A stretch of 35,968 nt of DNA, from IMG/VR virus record IMGVR_UViG_3300023283_000389, positions 1 to 35,968 of that record, one strand, 5' to 3'. How positions within the stretch are numbered: the stretch's first letter is position 1; each line of letters starts with the position of its first letter. A program made the translations under genes and the position numbers. The stretch comes from a virus. Lineage: Duplodnaviria > Caudoviricetes. Below are positions 18,348-27,538 of this stretch, piece by piece. Below the pieces are notes generated by a model, which was not told the origin of the DNA, did not search any database, and was given only the letters and a program-made list of their open reading frames with translations.

Positions 18348-18731
18348 GTGGAATTCCGCCACCTGACACTCGCCGATGTGCTCCAACTGCACGCTGACCA
18401 GGTCGCGCAGTACGGCGGTGATTCCGCCGTACGCGACCAGGGCCTCCTCGAGTCCGCGCTCGCCCAACCCGCTGCGTCGTTCAGCGGCCAGCCGCTGCAC
18501 GCCGATCTGTTCGAAATGGCCGCGGCGTACCTGTTCCACATCGTGCAGAACCACCCGTTCGCGGACGGTAACAAGCGAACCGGTCTGATGGCGGCCCTGG
18601 TGTTCCTCGACGACAACGGCGTCGAGATCGAGGCCCCCAAGGGCGCGTTGTACGACCTCACGATCGGCGTCGCGACGGGCTCGATCAACAAGCCCGAGAT
18701 CGCGGCCTTCTTTCGAGACCACGCGGTGTAG
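18348..18731 (+). CDS. doc: Fic/Doc death-on-curing toxin
   Basis: HPFADGNKRTG motif and VRDQGLLESAL. Confidence 0.92.
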   Translation: MEFRHLTLADVLQLHADQVAQYGGDSAVRDQGLLESALAQPAASFSGQPLHADLFEMAAAYLFHIVQNHPFADGNKRTGLMAALVFLDDNGVEIEAPKGALYDLTIGVATGSINKPEIAAFFRDHAV

Positions 18732-18745
18732 CCGGGGAACGTCGC

Positions 18746-20053
18746 TCACACCCCGCTCCCAAGCTCGACCGTCGCCTCGGTTTCGATCCCCGCCTGCTCC
18801 ACGCCCTCGACATCGAACCGCGTCGCCACCTCACCCGTGAACCGCTGCCATCGCCGCATCGCGACATCCACGAACGCCGGCGAGATCTCCATCGCGAAGA
18901 CGCGACGCCCTTCCTGCTCGCCCGCGATGAGCTGCGACCCCGACCCGCTGAACGGCTCGTAGCAGACCTGGCCCGGCTTGGTGTGCTTGCGCATCGGCCG
19001 GGCGAACAGCTCGACCGGCTTCTGCGTCGGGTGCTCGTTGCCGGTGACGCGCGACTTCTCGCCGCCCGAAGCACCACCAGTTCCGCCTTCCCAACCGAGT
19101 TCCCAGACGGAGTTCATCTCCATCGAGTGGTCGCCGTCGTGCTCGGGCTTGGAGCCCTGCACCCAGCCCATCATGCAGGGCTCGTGGCGGAAGTGCCAGA
19201 ACACGCGTCCGAACACGGGCGTCGGCTTCACCCACACCACCGACTGATGGTCGAGGATGCCGAGGTCGGCCCAGACCTTCTGGATCACGCCGCACCGCTT
19301 GTGCGCGTGCCAGCAGTAGATCGCCGCGTGCGGCGCGATGACGCGCGTCACGTTCTCGAACACGCCGCGGAAGAAGATGTCCGCATCGGGGATGTCGATC
19401 TCGCGGTAGTTCTCCGTCCAGTCCTTGCCGGTCCCGTTGGGTCGCTCGCCCGTGTAGTCGACGAGGTACGGCGGGTCCGTCGCGACCAACGCCGCCCGCT
19501 CGCCGTCCATGAGCCGATCGACGTCGCCGGCGTTGGTCGAGTCGCCGCAGAGCAGCCGGTGCCGCCCCAGCACCCAAAGGTCGCCGGGCCGCGTGAGGAC
19601 ATCGTCTTCGTCAGGCGTCTCCGGCACGTCGTCCACTGGCGTGTTTCCCTCGGTCCCCGCCGGCGCGAGCATCGCCTCGACCTCGCTCATGTCGAAGCCG
19701 AGCACTGACAGGTCGAACTCGGCGTCCCGCAGGTCGGCCAGCTCCAGCGGCAGCAGGTCCATGTCCCACGTCGCCAGCTCGCCGGTCTTGTTGTCGGCGA
19801 TGCGAAGGGCACGCACCTGCTCCGGCGTGAGATCCCTGGCGACGTGCACCGGCACCTTCGCGAGCCCGAGATGCTGGGCCGCCTTCAGCCGGGTGTGCCC
19901 GGCGATGACGACACCGTCCGCATCAACCACGATCGGCTGCCTGAAGCCGAACTCCCGGATGCTCGCGGCCACCGCCTCGACGGCGTCGTCGTTCCGTCGC
20001 GGGTTCCGCTCGTAGGGCGTGACCCGCCCGATGTCCCATTGCTCGATCTTCAT
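18746..20053 (-). CDS. ParB-N domain fused to N4/N6 DNA methyltransferase
   Basis: PYERNPR...FGFRQPI...IAGHTRL (ParB); TDPPY, HPTQKPVEL and EPFSGSGS (beta-class MTase); AAGGAGG RBS before ATG 20053. Confidence 0.92.
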   Translation of the reverse strand: MKIEQWDIGRVTPYERNPRRNDDAVEAVAASIREFGFRQPIVVDADGVVIAGHTRLKAAQHLGLAKVPVHVARDLTPEQVRALRIADNKTGELATWDMDLLPLELADLRDAEFDLSVLGFDMSEVEAMLAPAGTEGNTPVDDVPETPDEDDVLTRPGDLWVLGRHRLLCGDSTNAGDVDRLMDGERAALVATDPPYLVDYTGERPNGTGKDWTENYREIDIPDADIFFRGVFENVTRVIAPHAAIYCWHAHKRCGVIQKVWADLGILDHQSVVWVKPTPVFGRVFWHFRHEPCMMGWVQGSKPEHDGDHSMEMNSVWELGWEGGTGGASGGEKSRVTGNEHPTQKPVELFARPMRKHTKPGQVCYEPFSGSGSQLIAGEQEGRRVFAMEISPAFVDVAMRRWQRFTGEVATRFDVEGVEQAGIETEATVELGSGV

Positions 20054-20247
20054 CGCGCCCTCCTTGCACGTTCGTGCGTCCATGTGTTTATCCGTGCCCC
20101 GACGCGGCCGCGTCGTCGCCCCGTGTGGCGTTGTGGTTCGAGGTGGCCCCGTTGCCCGCCAAGCCGTCGCCCTCGGCGACGTGGGCCAACGTCGGGGCCG
20201 ACGGGCCGGCAAGCCGGACCGGACAGGTCAACAAACTGAGTCGGATA

Positions 20248-20297
20248 CCGCGGCTGTTCCCGCGGGCGTATGGCACGCCGTTTGCCGGGGAGGACCC
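20248..20297 (-). other. Candidate cos site (cosQ plus cosN-like)
   Basis: Minus strand GGGTCCT-N20-TACG-CCCGCGGGAACAGC-CGCGG resembles lambda GGGTCCT-N19-TACG-GGGCGGCGACCT-CGCGG. Confidence 0.55.
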
Positions 20298-20309
20298 GTC
20301 GCCGCTCGG

Positions 20310-20460
20310 ACTTCTTTCCCTCTTTCCCCTTCTTCACCGGGGTGCTCACGCGCACACGCGCGTGCGGGGGTAGGTGTAGGGTGAAAGAGAGAAAAAAGTA
20401 ATTATTAATACAGTCAGCCCTCATTCCGACCCCACTTCGTTCACCCTTCCTTCACCGTCT
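20310..20460. promoter_or_regulatory. Candidate replication origin
   Basis: AT-rich core AAAAAAGTAATTATTAATA, purine/pyrimidine tracts, four TTCACC/GGTGAA copies and a CACGCGC/GCGCGTG palindrome at the 3' end of the primase gene. Confidence 0.5.
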
Positions 20461-22823
20461 TTCTCGATCAGCCGGTACAGCACCGCGTCCCGCCCGGCGG
20501 TCTTGGCGACCTCGACGCCCACGTCGCCGCGCTGGACGAGTGTCTCCATCACCTGGCGGAACGCGCTCGCTTCGAGCTTCATCCGCTTGAGCAGCGCGCT
20601 GTGCGGCAGGACGAAGCCCGGGGCCTCGCGTAGCTTGCGCATCGCGCGCAGCGCCAGCTCATCGAACTCACCCTCGGCCGCGTACCCCGAAGCCATGTAG
20701 AGCATCCGTCGGGCCTGGTGCAGCACGAGCGCCGTCGCCCAATCAACCGCCTCGGCGCTGATCTGTGGCGAGCGGTGGTTCTCGCTGACGGCGTAGAGCA
20801 GCGCCAGCTTCCGCACGTTCTCGCTCACTCGGCCCCAGACCGTGGTGGCGACGGCGTCCGTCTGGTCCTCGGCGTTTCCGTACTCGGCCTCGGCGCGCTC
20901 GCGCAGCTCGACCAGCAGGCGTCTGGCCTCGGGCGTGTGCTCGACGGTCTTCGGCGTGGGGTGGGTGTCGGCGAGGTTGCCGCTTCCCGACCTCAAGCTG
21001 GCCCACCACGCGGCGGTCTCGACGATGCGGTCGGGCGGGTCGAGGATGCCGGGTTCTTGCCCAGGCGGCCTCCGGCCGGACTCGAGCACGATCATGCGGG
21101 CGAAGAGCCCGTTGGTGAGCATGCGCTCGGACAGCGCGGCGTAGTAGTGGTTCGGGATCGCCGTGCCAAACAGCACCAGGCACGGCTGGTCGATCACGCC
21201 CGGGTCGGGGTTGTTGGCCCGGCGGCGCATCGGGTAGACCGAGTTCGACGCCGAGTACATCGTCAGCAGCGTCGCCATGATCGACTCGTACCGGGCGTCG
21301 CGGGCCCGCTTCATGGACTGAAGCAGCGTGTCGATCTCGTCGGTCTGGAACAGCATCGACGGCGTGGCGAACAGCGCGTCCTGGATGCCCTCGCCCGAGG
21401 CGAGCTGCTCGCCGAGGCGGCTGGCCATACCGACCCGCTGGAGGATCTGGGTGTTGACCTTGCGGGGCCAGTCCTTGCCGCCCGACGAGTGCGCGAGCCC
21501 GAGCAGGTAAATGTTGGTGCGGTTGTCGCCGGGATCGCGGACCTTCCGCCCCGCGAGCATGGCGAGCAGCGACAGCGCCCCGCAGAACGCGAGCGTCTGG
21601 TTGGGGTACGGCGCGCCGGCCATGCAGTGGTCCATGACCTCGCCGACGAACCCGGGCACGCGGAGCATCTCGGGCGGCAGCGGTCCCGGGTCCGCCGGCT
21701 GCGGCGCGGGGGCTTCGGGAGCGGCGGGGACGAGCGCCGAGATGTCCACGCCGGGATCACCGGACCCGCGAGCGGCGTAGCCCGGGTCCACGGCACGCCG
21801 CAGATCGTGCCAGGTGAAGTCGGCCCCGCGGCTGTGCTTGTTGCAGTACGCGAGCTTGCCGTCGTCGCCAACGAGCACGGCGATATCGGAGCCGCCCGTG
21901 GACTCGATCGCCGGGTCCACCGGGCAGCGCTCGAGCAGCAGCATGGTCTTTGTCCCGTTGCGCCGCTCGCCCTTGACCGCCACGCCGCGGGCCTCGAGCC
22001 AGGAGCGGACGCCGGGCGGGTCGGCGGGGAAGCGGTCGCCCACGGGTACCGCGACGTCGGGCTTGGCCGTGGGCTCGGCGAGCGCTGCGAGCAACTCGGG
22101 CGCCACCACGCCGATGCTCCCGGGAACGTGCTCGATCTCCGACCGCCGGTGCGGACGGTCGGGCACGCCGCTCTGCCCGCGCAGGTCGTCGCCCTTGCGC
22201 GCGACCGTTCCGATCGCCTTGACGATCCGGGCCGGGTTGAACACGGAGCGGTCCACGGACACGGCGTCGTCGCCGAATCGGTCCGCAAGCGCCCCGAGCG
22301 CCGACCGCACCGAGCCGCCGTCGTCCCCCGGCAGATCGACGCGGTAGAGCAGGTGGTAGCCGTTGCCGCTCATGCACACGACCGGCTCGGGCCACGCGAG
22401 CCCCGCGAGATGGGCGTGGATATCGGCGGCCCGCCGCTCGGCGAGCGATAGTTCCTCGTCGGTGGCGCTCACCCCGGCAGGGCGGACGGGATCGATATCG
22501 ACGAGCAGCCATTTCCGGCGCGGCACGTCGGCGTCGGCCGTCGTCTCCGAGGCCTTCGGCCGCAGCCGGTTCGCGGCCCGCGCGAGCAGGTCGGGGCGCA
22601 CGGGGTTCAGCGTGACGTAGACCCCGGGCGCGAGCCCGCTCGCGTCGAGCTTGGCGATTGCTTCAGCCGCGGCGTCGTGGTCGTTGAAATAGCCCGAGGC
22701 GGTGGACGCGAACGACGACCCGGCGCGCTCGCGGCACTTCGGCGCCCGCACCTCGAGCACGTCCCCCGGCTCGTAGAGCAGCGACAGGAAGGACCGGACC
22801 GTGCTGGACGCGTCGCCGGCCAT
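20421..22823 (-). CDS. Primase (AEP/RepB-like N-terminus) fused to DUF3987 helicase-like domain
   Basis: WLLVDIDP and SGNGYHLLY primase motifs; LAHSSGGKD, QTDEID and NGLFARM in the C-terminus. Confidence 0.85.
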   Translation of the reverse strand: MAGDASSTVRSFLSLLYEPGDVLEVRAPKCRERAGSSFASTASGYFNDHDAAAEAIAKLDASGLAPGVYVTLNPVRPDLLARAANRLRPKASETTADADVPRRKWLLVDIDPVRPAGVSATDEELSLAERRAADIHAHLAGLAWPEPVVCMSGNGYHLLYRVDLPGDDGGSVRSALGALADRFGDDAVSVDRSVFNPARIVKAIGTVARKGDDLRGQSGVPDRPHRRSEIEHVPGSIGVVAPELLAALAEPTAKPDVAVPVGDRFPADPPGVRSWLEARGVAVKGERRNGTKTMLLLERCPVDPAIESTGGSDIAVLVGDDGKLAYCNKHSRGADFTWHDLRRAVDPGYAARGSGDPGVDISALVPAAPEAPAPQPADPGPLPPEMLRVPGFVGEVMDHCMAGAPYPNQTLAFCGALSLLAMLAGRKVRDPGDNRTNIYLLGLAHSSGGKDWPRKVNTQILQRVGMASRLGEQLASGEGIQDALFATPSMLFQTDEIDTLLQSMKRARDARYESIMATLLTMYSASNSVYPMRRRANNPDPGVIDQPCLVLFGTAIPNHYYAALSERMLTNGLFARMIVLESGRRPPGQEPGILDPPDRIVETAAWWASLRSGSGNLADTHPTPKTVEHTPEARRLLVELRERAEAEYGNAEDQTDAVATTVWGRVSENVRKLALLYAVSENHRSPQISAEAVDWATALVLHQARRMLYMASGYAAEGEFDELALRAMRKLREAPGFVLPHSALLKRMKLEASAFRQVMETLVQRGDVGVEVAKTAGRDAVLYRLIEKDGEGRVNEVGSE

Positions 22824-23266
22824 CAGCAGCCCTCACCGAAGTAGCTGCGAACCGCGTGGTGGTGGCGGTGACACCGCGGGCAGAGCCACGTGACCCGAAG
22901 GGGTTCGCCGTAGTTCTCGTGATGCGCGTGGAGCGGACGCTCTTCACCGCACCCGGGACACCGCTCAGGCTTGACCAGCTTGCCAGACCTGACGGCCCGA
23001 GCGACCGCCCGGTGCGCCGCATCCCGCTCCGGATACTCGCGGCTGTATTGACGCACGCGAGCCGCGTTCGCCGAACGCCGCTCCGGCCGCGACGCGCGTT
23101 CGCGGTCGTATGCAAGATAGTGCTCGTCGTTCTTGGCGCGGGTGATCCGGGCATCGAGCCGAGTGCACGCCTTGCACTTGTTCAAGTGGCCGTCGGCCAT
23201 CCGTGGGTGTCGGTAGAACTCCCCGAGCGGTTTGGTGTGATGGTATTTGAAGCACTGCTTCCTCAT
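22823..23266 (-). CDS. HNH-like endonuclease / zinc-binding protein
   Basis: KPLGEFYRHPRMADGHLNKCKAC...CPGC...HAHHENY...WLCPRCHRHHH. Confidence 0.75.
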   Translation of the reverse strand: MRKQCFKYHHTKPLGEFYRHPRMADGHLNKCKACTRLDARITRAKNDEHYLAYDRERASRPERRSANAARVRQYSREYPERDAAHRAVARAVRSGKLVKPERCPGCGEERPLHAHHENYGEPLRVTWLCPRCHRHHHAVRSYFGEGC

Positions 23267-23274
23267 GGTTTGCC

Positions 23275-25026
23275 TCAGAAGGGAATCGAGTCTTCGGGGA
23301 TGTCGATAGCGGCCGCGCGCACGGCCGCGTAGTCGGGGCACGCGTCCGGGTCGTCCAGCCGCGACGGCTTGTCGCCGAGCCGGTGCCGCACGATCCGGTC
23401 GAACTTGTCGCCGGCCTTCTTCTCGACGGTGATCGCGAGCGTCGGAGCCAGCGCCCCGGCCTTCGCGAGCTCGACCGCTTCCTCAACGCATTCGGGGACG
23501 GGCTCGACCGACCTGGCCCGCCACCAGGACTCGGCTTTCTGCCGCGCGTACCCCTCGTGGTCGAAACACACCCATTCGCGGGCGACGAGGCCGATGCCGA
23601 TCTCGTACTCGACGCGCATCGTCAGGGCCGCGCCGGGGTCGTGACGCTTCCAGTGGATGTGATACGTGGTGTCCGAGACCTCGTGCTCGGTCCGCGTGAC
23701 CTGCCCGGTCAGGATGCCTTCGTCTGATGCTCTGGGGTCGTGCTTGGACCGGTTCGGCGGCGGGAACTCGTGCCCGCACTCGGGGCAGGTCTGGTAGCCC
23801 GCCGCGATCAGCGCCCGGCAGGACGGGCACTCCTTGGCCGGGGCCTCGCCGCCGTCTCCGCGGTCGTCGGTGGTCACCCGCACCGCGTCGACCGGCCCGT
23901 GCCGCAGCACGTTGCCGCCGAAGTCGAGCACGAGGCACTCGTCCTTGCCCGGGTGCAGGCGGAAGCCCCGGCCGACCATCTGGTAGTAGAGCCCCGGGCT
24001 CATTGTCGGCCGCACGAGCGCCACGCAGTCGATGTGCGGGGCGTCGAAGCCGGTCGTGAGCACGTTGACGTTGGCGAGGTACCTCAGCTCGCCGGCGCGG
24101 AACCGGCCCAGGATCTCGGCCCGCTCGCCGGCGGGCGTCTCGCCCGATACGAACCCGCATTCGATCCCGTGCCGGTCGCGCAGCACCGACTGGATGTGGC
24201 GACCGTGCTTGATCCCCGTCGCGAAGATCAGCGTCGCCGCGCGGTCGCGGGTCTCCTCGGCGATCTCGGCGCACGCGCCTTCGACCAGGAGGTCATCGTC
24301 CATCAGGTCCTCGGCCTCGCCCGCGACGAACTCGCCCGCGCGCACGTGCAGCCCCGCGGTGTCGGCCTTGGTCGCCCCCGCCTTCGTGCGAAGCGGCGAC
24401 AGGTACCCTTGCGCGATCAGCTCACGCACGCCGACCTCGTAGCAGACCTCGTTCAGGATGTTGTGGGGGGGCGGCCCGCAGATCTCGCCGGTCTTGAGCC
24501 GGTACGGCGTCGCGGTGAGGCCGACGATCCGGACGTGGGGATTGATCCTCCGCATGTCGGCGATGAAGCGCCGGTACATGCCGTCGTCCTCGGCGGGCAC
24601 CATGTGCGCCTCGTCGATCAGGATCAGGTCGAACGCGCCGCCCCCCCCTCCATCCCCGTTCGCCAGGTCGCACGCCCGCTTCCAGACGCTCTGGATCCCC
24701 GCGACCGTGACCGCGTACCCGGTGTCCCGCCGCTTGAGCCCCGCCGAGTAGACGCCCAGCGGCAGGTCGGGCCCGATCGCCCGGATCTTCTCGACGGCCT
24801 GCTCGAGCAGCTCCTTCACGTGCGCGAGGATGAGCACACGCCCGTTCCAGAGCTCGACGGCGTCGCGGCAGATCGTCGCGATCACGGGTGTCTTGCCCCC
24901 GCCCGTCGGGATCACGACGCAGGGGTTGTCGTCCCGCTCGCGCAGGTGCGCGTACACCCGGTCCACCGCCTCGCGCTGGTACGGGCGGAGCTCGATCCTC
25001 GGGGCTGCCGTGGTCGCCGTGCTCAT
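23275..25026 (-). CDS. SF2 DEAD/DEAH helicase (YejH/RadD-like) with zinc finger
   Basis: LRPYQ, PTGGGKT, DEAH, TATP, LTTGFDAP, QMVGRGFR and CPSC...CPEC; start at 25026 by ATGA overlap. Confidence 0.93.
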   Translation of the reverse strand: MSTATTAAPRIELRPYQREAVDRVYAHLRERDDNPCVVIPTGGGKTPVIATICRDAVELWNGRVLILAHVKELLEQAVEKIRAIGPDLPLGVYSAGLKRRDTGYAVTVAGIQSVWKRACDLANGDGGGGGAFDLILIDEAHMVPAEDDGMYRRFIADMRRINPHVRIVGLTATPYRLKTGEICGPPPHNILNEVCYEVGVRELIAQGYLSPLRTKAGATKADTAGLHVRAGEFVAGEAEDLMDDDLLVEGACAEIAEETRDRAATLIFATGIKHGRHIQSVLRDRHGIECGFVSGETPAGERAEILGRFRAGELRYLANVNVLTTGFDAPHIDCVALVRPTMSPGLYYQMVGRGFRLHPGKDECLVLDFGGNVLRHGPVDAVRVTTDDRGDGGEAPAKECPSCRALIAAGYQTCPECGHEFPPPNRSKHDPRASDEGILTGQVTRTEHEVSDTTYHIHWKRHDPGAALTMRVEYEIGIGLVAREWVCFDHEGYARQKAESWWRARSVEPVPECVEEAVELAKAGALAPTLAITVEKKAGDKFDRIVRHRLGDKPSRLDDPDACPDYAAVRAAAIDIPEDSIPF

Positions 25027-25922
25027 TCGCCGCCCGCCTCCTCGGGGAGCGGGAAGTGCTCCTGGCTCGCCGCGTAGAGGCGGCCGATCGACTCGCCCTT
25101 GAGGAACGCGACGAGGGCGCGCTGCGTCTTGGCGTACCGCTCGTGCGTCGCCTGCCTCGAGTGCCCCGGCTTCTCGCCGAGGAACTGGCGGAGCAGCACG
25201 ATGGCGACCGCGCCGCGGTCGGGCACGACGCCGGTGCCGAGCATCCGGGCGAAGTCCCGCAGCAGGTCGTGGTCGCAGGAGTAGTACGCCCGCGCGAGCA
25301 CGGCCCGGGTCGCGGCGCTCGAGATCCACTTCGCGTTCGGCAGCGTTTCGACCGCGAACCGGACCGCCGCGGCGTGCTTGTCGAGCGCCTGCGACGCCTC
25401 GGCGGCGGTGAGGGTGACCGGGCCCGAGAAACCGCCGAGCATCGCGCGGAGCACCGCGAGGTCGTTCTTGCCCACGCTGCCGTGCCCGCCGCTGAGCCAG
25501 AGCATGTCGCGCAGCGTCCGGGCCTTGCCGCAGTCGATCGCCATCAGCGCATCGCGCGTGACGTTCCGCCAGACGTGCATCTCGACGGGTGTCTCGGACA
25601 AGACCACGGCCCAAAGCCGGTGCTGGCCGTCGATCAGGATGCCGCTGGGGTCGAAGGCGATGCCTTCGTGCGTGAGCTTCCACTCGCCGCTTGCCATGTC
25701 CCGCGCGAGCCGCTGGACGTGCGCCTCGCTCACGCTGCGGTTGGAGGTGTTGGCGTTGTCGAGCCAGTCCATCGCCGCCGCCGGCGTGATCAGCTCGCGG
25801 GTGACGGCCGGCTCGGGGCCCGAGGGCGCGAGCGTTCCGTTGCGGGACGCCCGGCGGGCGCGCTCGGCGGCGTTGGCGGCGTCGGTGTTCTTCAGGGTGA
25901 ATCGGGGCGTTGCGGTGGTCAT
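25023..25922 (-). CDS. ParB/Srx-like protein (DGQHR motif)
   Basis: ITPAAAMDWL...NRSVS...LIDGQHRLWAVV. Confidence 0.75.
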   Translation of the reverse strand: MTTATPRFTLKNTDAANAAERARRASRNGTLAPSGPEPAVTRELITPAAAMDWLDNANTSNRSVSEAHVQRLARDMASGEWKLTHEGIAFDPSGILIDGQHRLWAVVLSETPVEMHVWRNVTRDALMAIDCGKARTLRDMLWLSGGHGSVGKNDLAVLRAMLGGFSGPVTLTAAEASQALDKHAAAVRFAVETLPNAKWISSAATRAVLARAYYSCDHDLLRDFARMLGTGVVPDRGAVAIVLLRQFLGEKPGHSRQATHERYAKTQRALVAFLKGESIGRLYAASQEHFPLPEEAGGE

Positions 25923-26671
25923 TCGGTGGCTCCTTCAAGGCACTGGGTGAGTTCGGGGATCAGGCCGCGGACGAAGTCCGGGCCCAGCGCGCTGAACAGG
26001 CTCCGGGCCGCCCAGCGTGGGTCGTGCGGCAGCTCGATGGCGGTCTTCTTGCTCGGGGTCGAGTGCCCGCGGACGGGCGTCATCGCGTCCGGCGCGATCC
26101 CACCGCGCACCCGGGGCACGGCGGGCTTGCGGCGACCGATGTTGCTGGTCTTCATCACGGCGGTGGTGCCGTGCTTGGTGGTGTACGAGCGGGTGGTCTC
26201 GGTCGGCTCACTATGGCTTTGACATAGTGAGGATCGGACTCGGGCGACGAGGTGCGGCCCCACGCAGCATCGGTTTGCGATCTCGTTGTTCGACCACGGG
26301 TTGCCTTCGTCGTCGGTCGCGACCAGCTCGTTCGTGAGCATCGTCAGCACGGCCTTGCGTTTATCGGCGTTGGTCCGCCGCAGCCCGTGCTCGACGTTGG
26401 CCGACAGCGAGTGCAGCACCGCGTCGCGGAGCGTCCCGTCGCGCACCTCCGCGGCGATCGCTTCCCGGCCGCACCGGCGGTGCGCGTGGTAGCGGTGGAA
26501 GCCGTCCACAAGCCAGAGGCTCGCGCCGTCGCGGACGACGGTCACGGGCGGGAACGCCGCCCCCTCGCGCATCGCCTCGGCGTACTCCGCGACGGTCTCG
26601 TCGGAGATCGCCTCCCGCGGCTGCGTCCCGCCGTCGATCTTGATCTCGCTCAGGTTCACTTCTTCGGTCAT
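25919..26671 (-). CDS. ParB N-terminal domain protein with HTH
   Basis: GGTQPRE...FPPVTV...LVDGFHRY...NVEHGL...WSNNEIANRC. Confidence 0.8.
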   Translation of the reverse strand: MTEEVNLSEIKIDGGTQPREAISDETVAEYAEAMREGAAFPPVTVVRDGASLWLVDGFHRYHAHRRCGREAIAAEVRDGTLRDAVLHSLSANVEHGLRRTNADKRKAVLTMLTNELVATDDEGNPWSNNEIANRCCVGPHLVARVRSSLCQSHSEPTETTRSYTTKHGTTAVMKTSNIGRRKPAVPRVRGGIAPDAMTPVRGHSTPSKKTAIELPHDPRWAARSLFSALGPDFVRGLIPELTQCLEGATE

Positions 26672-27066
26672 GCTCGGTCTCCGTGTGTGTCGGTGGCCAT
26701 GGGCTCGACGGCGACGCGGACCATGCCGCCCGGCGTCACCGGACCGCGCTCGATCTCGATCCGGTCGATCTGCCCGTCGTCCGCGTACGCGCCGGCGTGC
26801 TCGAGCGCGTCGAACAAGGCCTTTTGAAGGTTGTCGAGGTCCCGGCGTCGCCGGTCGGGCGGGAACGTCTCGATACGGACCCGAAGCCGGCCCCGCATCG
26901 GGAACCGCGGCGGGCCGACCCCCAGCGCCGCGAGCCGGGCGGCCGCGTCCCTGCGGAACGCCCGGCCCTCGCGGCTGATGACGGTCCGCTTGCCCACCCG
27001 CCGCCACAGGTGGTTCACGCTGGGCGGGTAGGGCAGATCGACGGTCAGCCCGCTCAACGCTTCCAC
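26668..27066 (-). CDS. rusA: RusA-family Holliday junction resolvase
   Basis: LPYPPSVNHLWR...PPDRRRRDLDNLQKALFDAL...DDGQID; start at 27066 or 27057. Confidence 0.9.
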   Translation of the reverse strand: MEALSGLTVDLPYPPSVNHLWRRVGKRTVISREGRAFRRDAAARLAALGVGPPRFPMRGRLRVRIETFPPDRRRRDLDNLQKALFDALEHAGAYADDGQIDRIEIERGPVTPGGMVRVAVEPMATDTHGDRA

Positions 27067-27536
27067 GGCGGTGTGCTCCCGGCGGTCGCGGCCGAACGAG
27101 GTGCGACGCCGTTGCTCGACGGGCCGCCGCCGACACCACCGCCGCGCGGGGCGAAACCCTTCACCTCGTTCGTGAACTCGCCGGTGTCGTCGCGGCGTTT
27201 CACGCCGACCCTGATCACCAGCGGGATGTTGTGCAGCTCGATCGAGTCCCGCGGCTGGAGCACGTTGACCGCGCGGCACAAGGCCGAGAGCTGCCCGCGT
27301 GCGATCTTCACCGCTGTCTCGCTCGGGTTGTCGAGGTTGAGCCGGGCCCAGAGCAGCCGGCCCTTGTGCTCGCCGTCCACGATCTGGAACGTGAACTGCA
27401 GGTAGCTGCCGGTGCCCGCCTTCGTGGGCTTGGTCTCCGACTCGGTGATGACCGCGGTGTACTCGCCGGGTGGGACGGCCTCGAAGTCGGCGGCCGGATC
27501 GACCTCGCTCGCGTTGAATCCGTTCAGACTGGCCAT
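27054..27536 (-). CDS. DUF669 protein (putative single-stranded DNA-binding protein)
   Basis: VPPGEYTAVITESETKPTKAGTGSYLQFTFQI...NEVKGF...PPWKR. Confidence 0.85.
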   Translation of the reverse strand: MASLNGFNASEVDPAADFEAVPPGEYTAVITESETKPTKAGTGSYLQFTFQIVDGEHKGRLLWARLNLDNPSETAVKIARGQLSALCRAVNVLQPRDSIELHNIPLVIRVGVKRRDDTGEFTNEVKGFAPRGGGVGGGPSSNGVAPRSAATAGSTPPWKR

Positions 27537-27538
27537 GC

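Noticed and set aside
23275-25938. 887-aa helicase with a long N-terminal extension
   Set aside because: The extension is Arg-rich shadow sequence overlapping the DGQHR gene; the real start is 25026. The same applies to the over-extended ORFs ending at 1, 1463, 8392, 18746, 25919, 26668 and 28348
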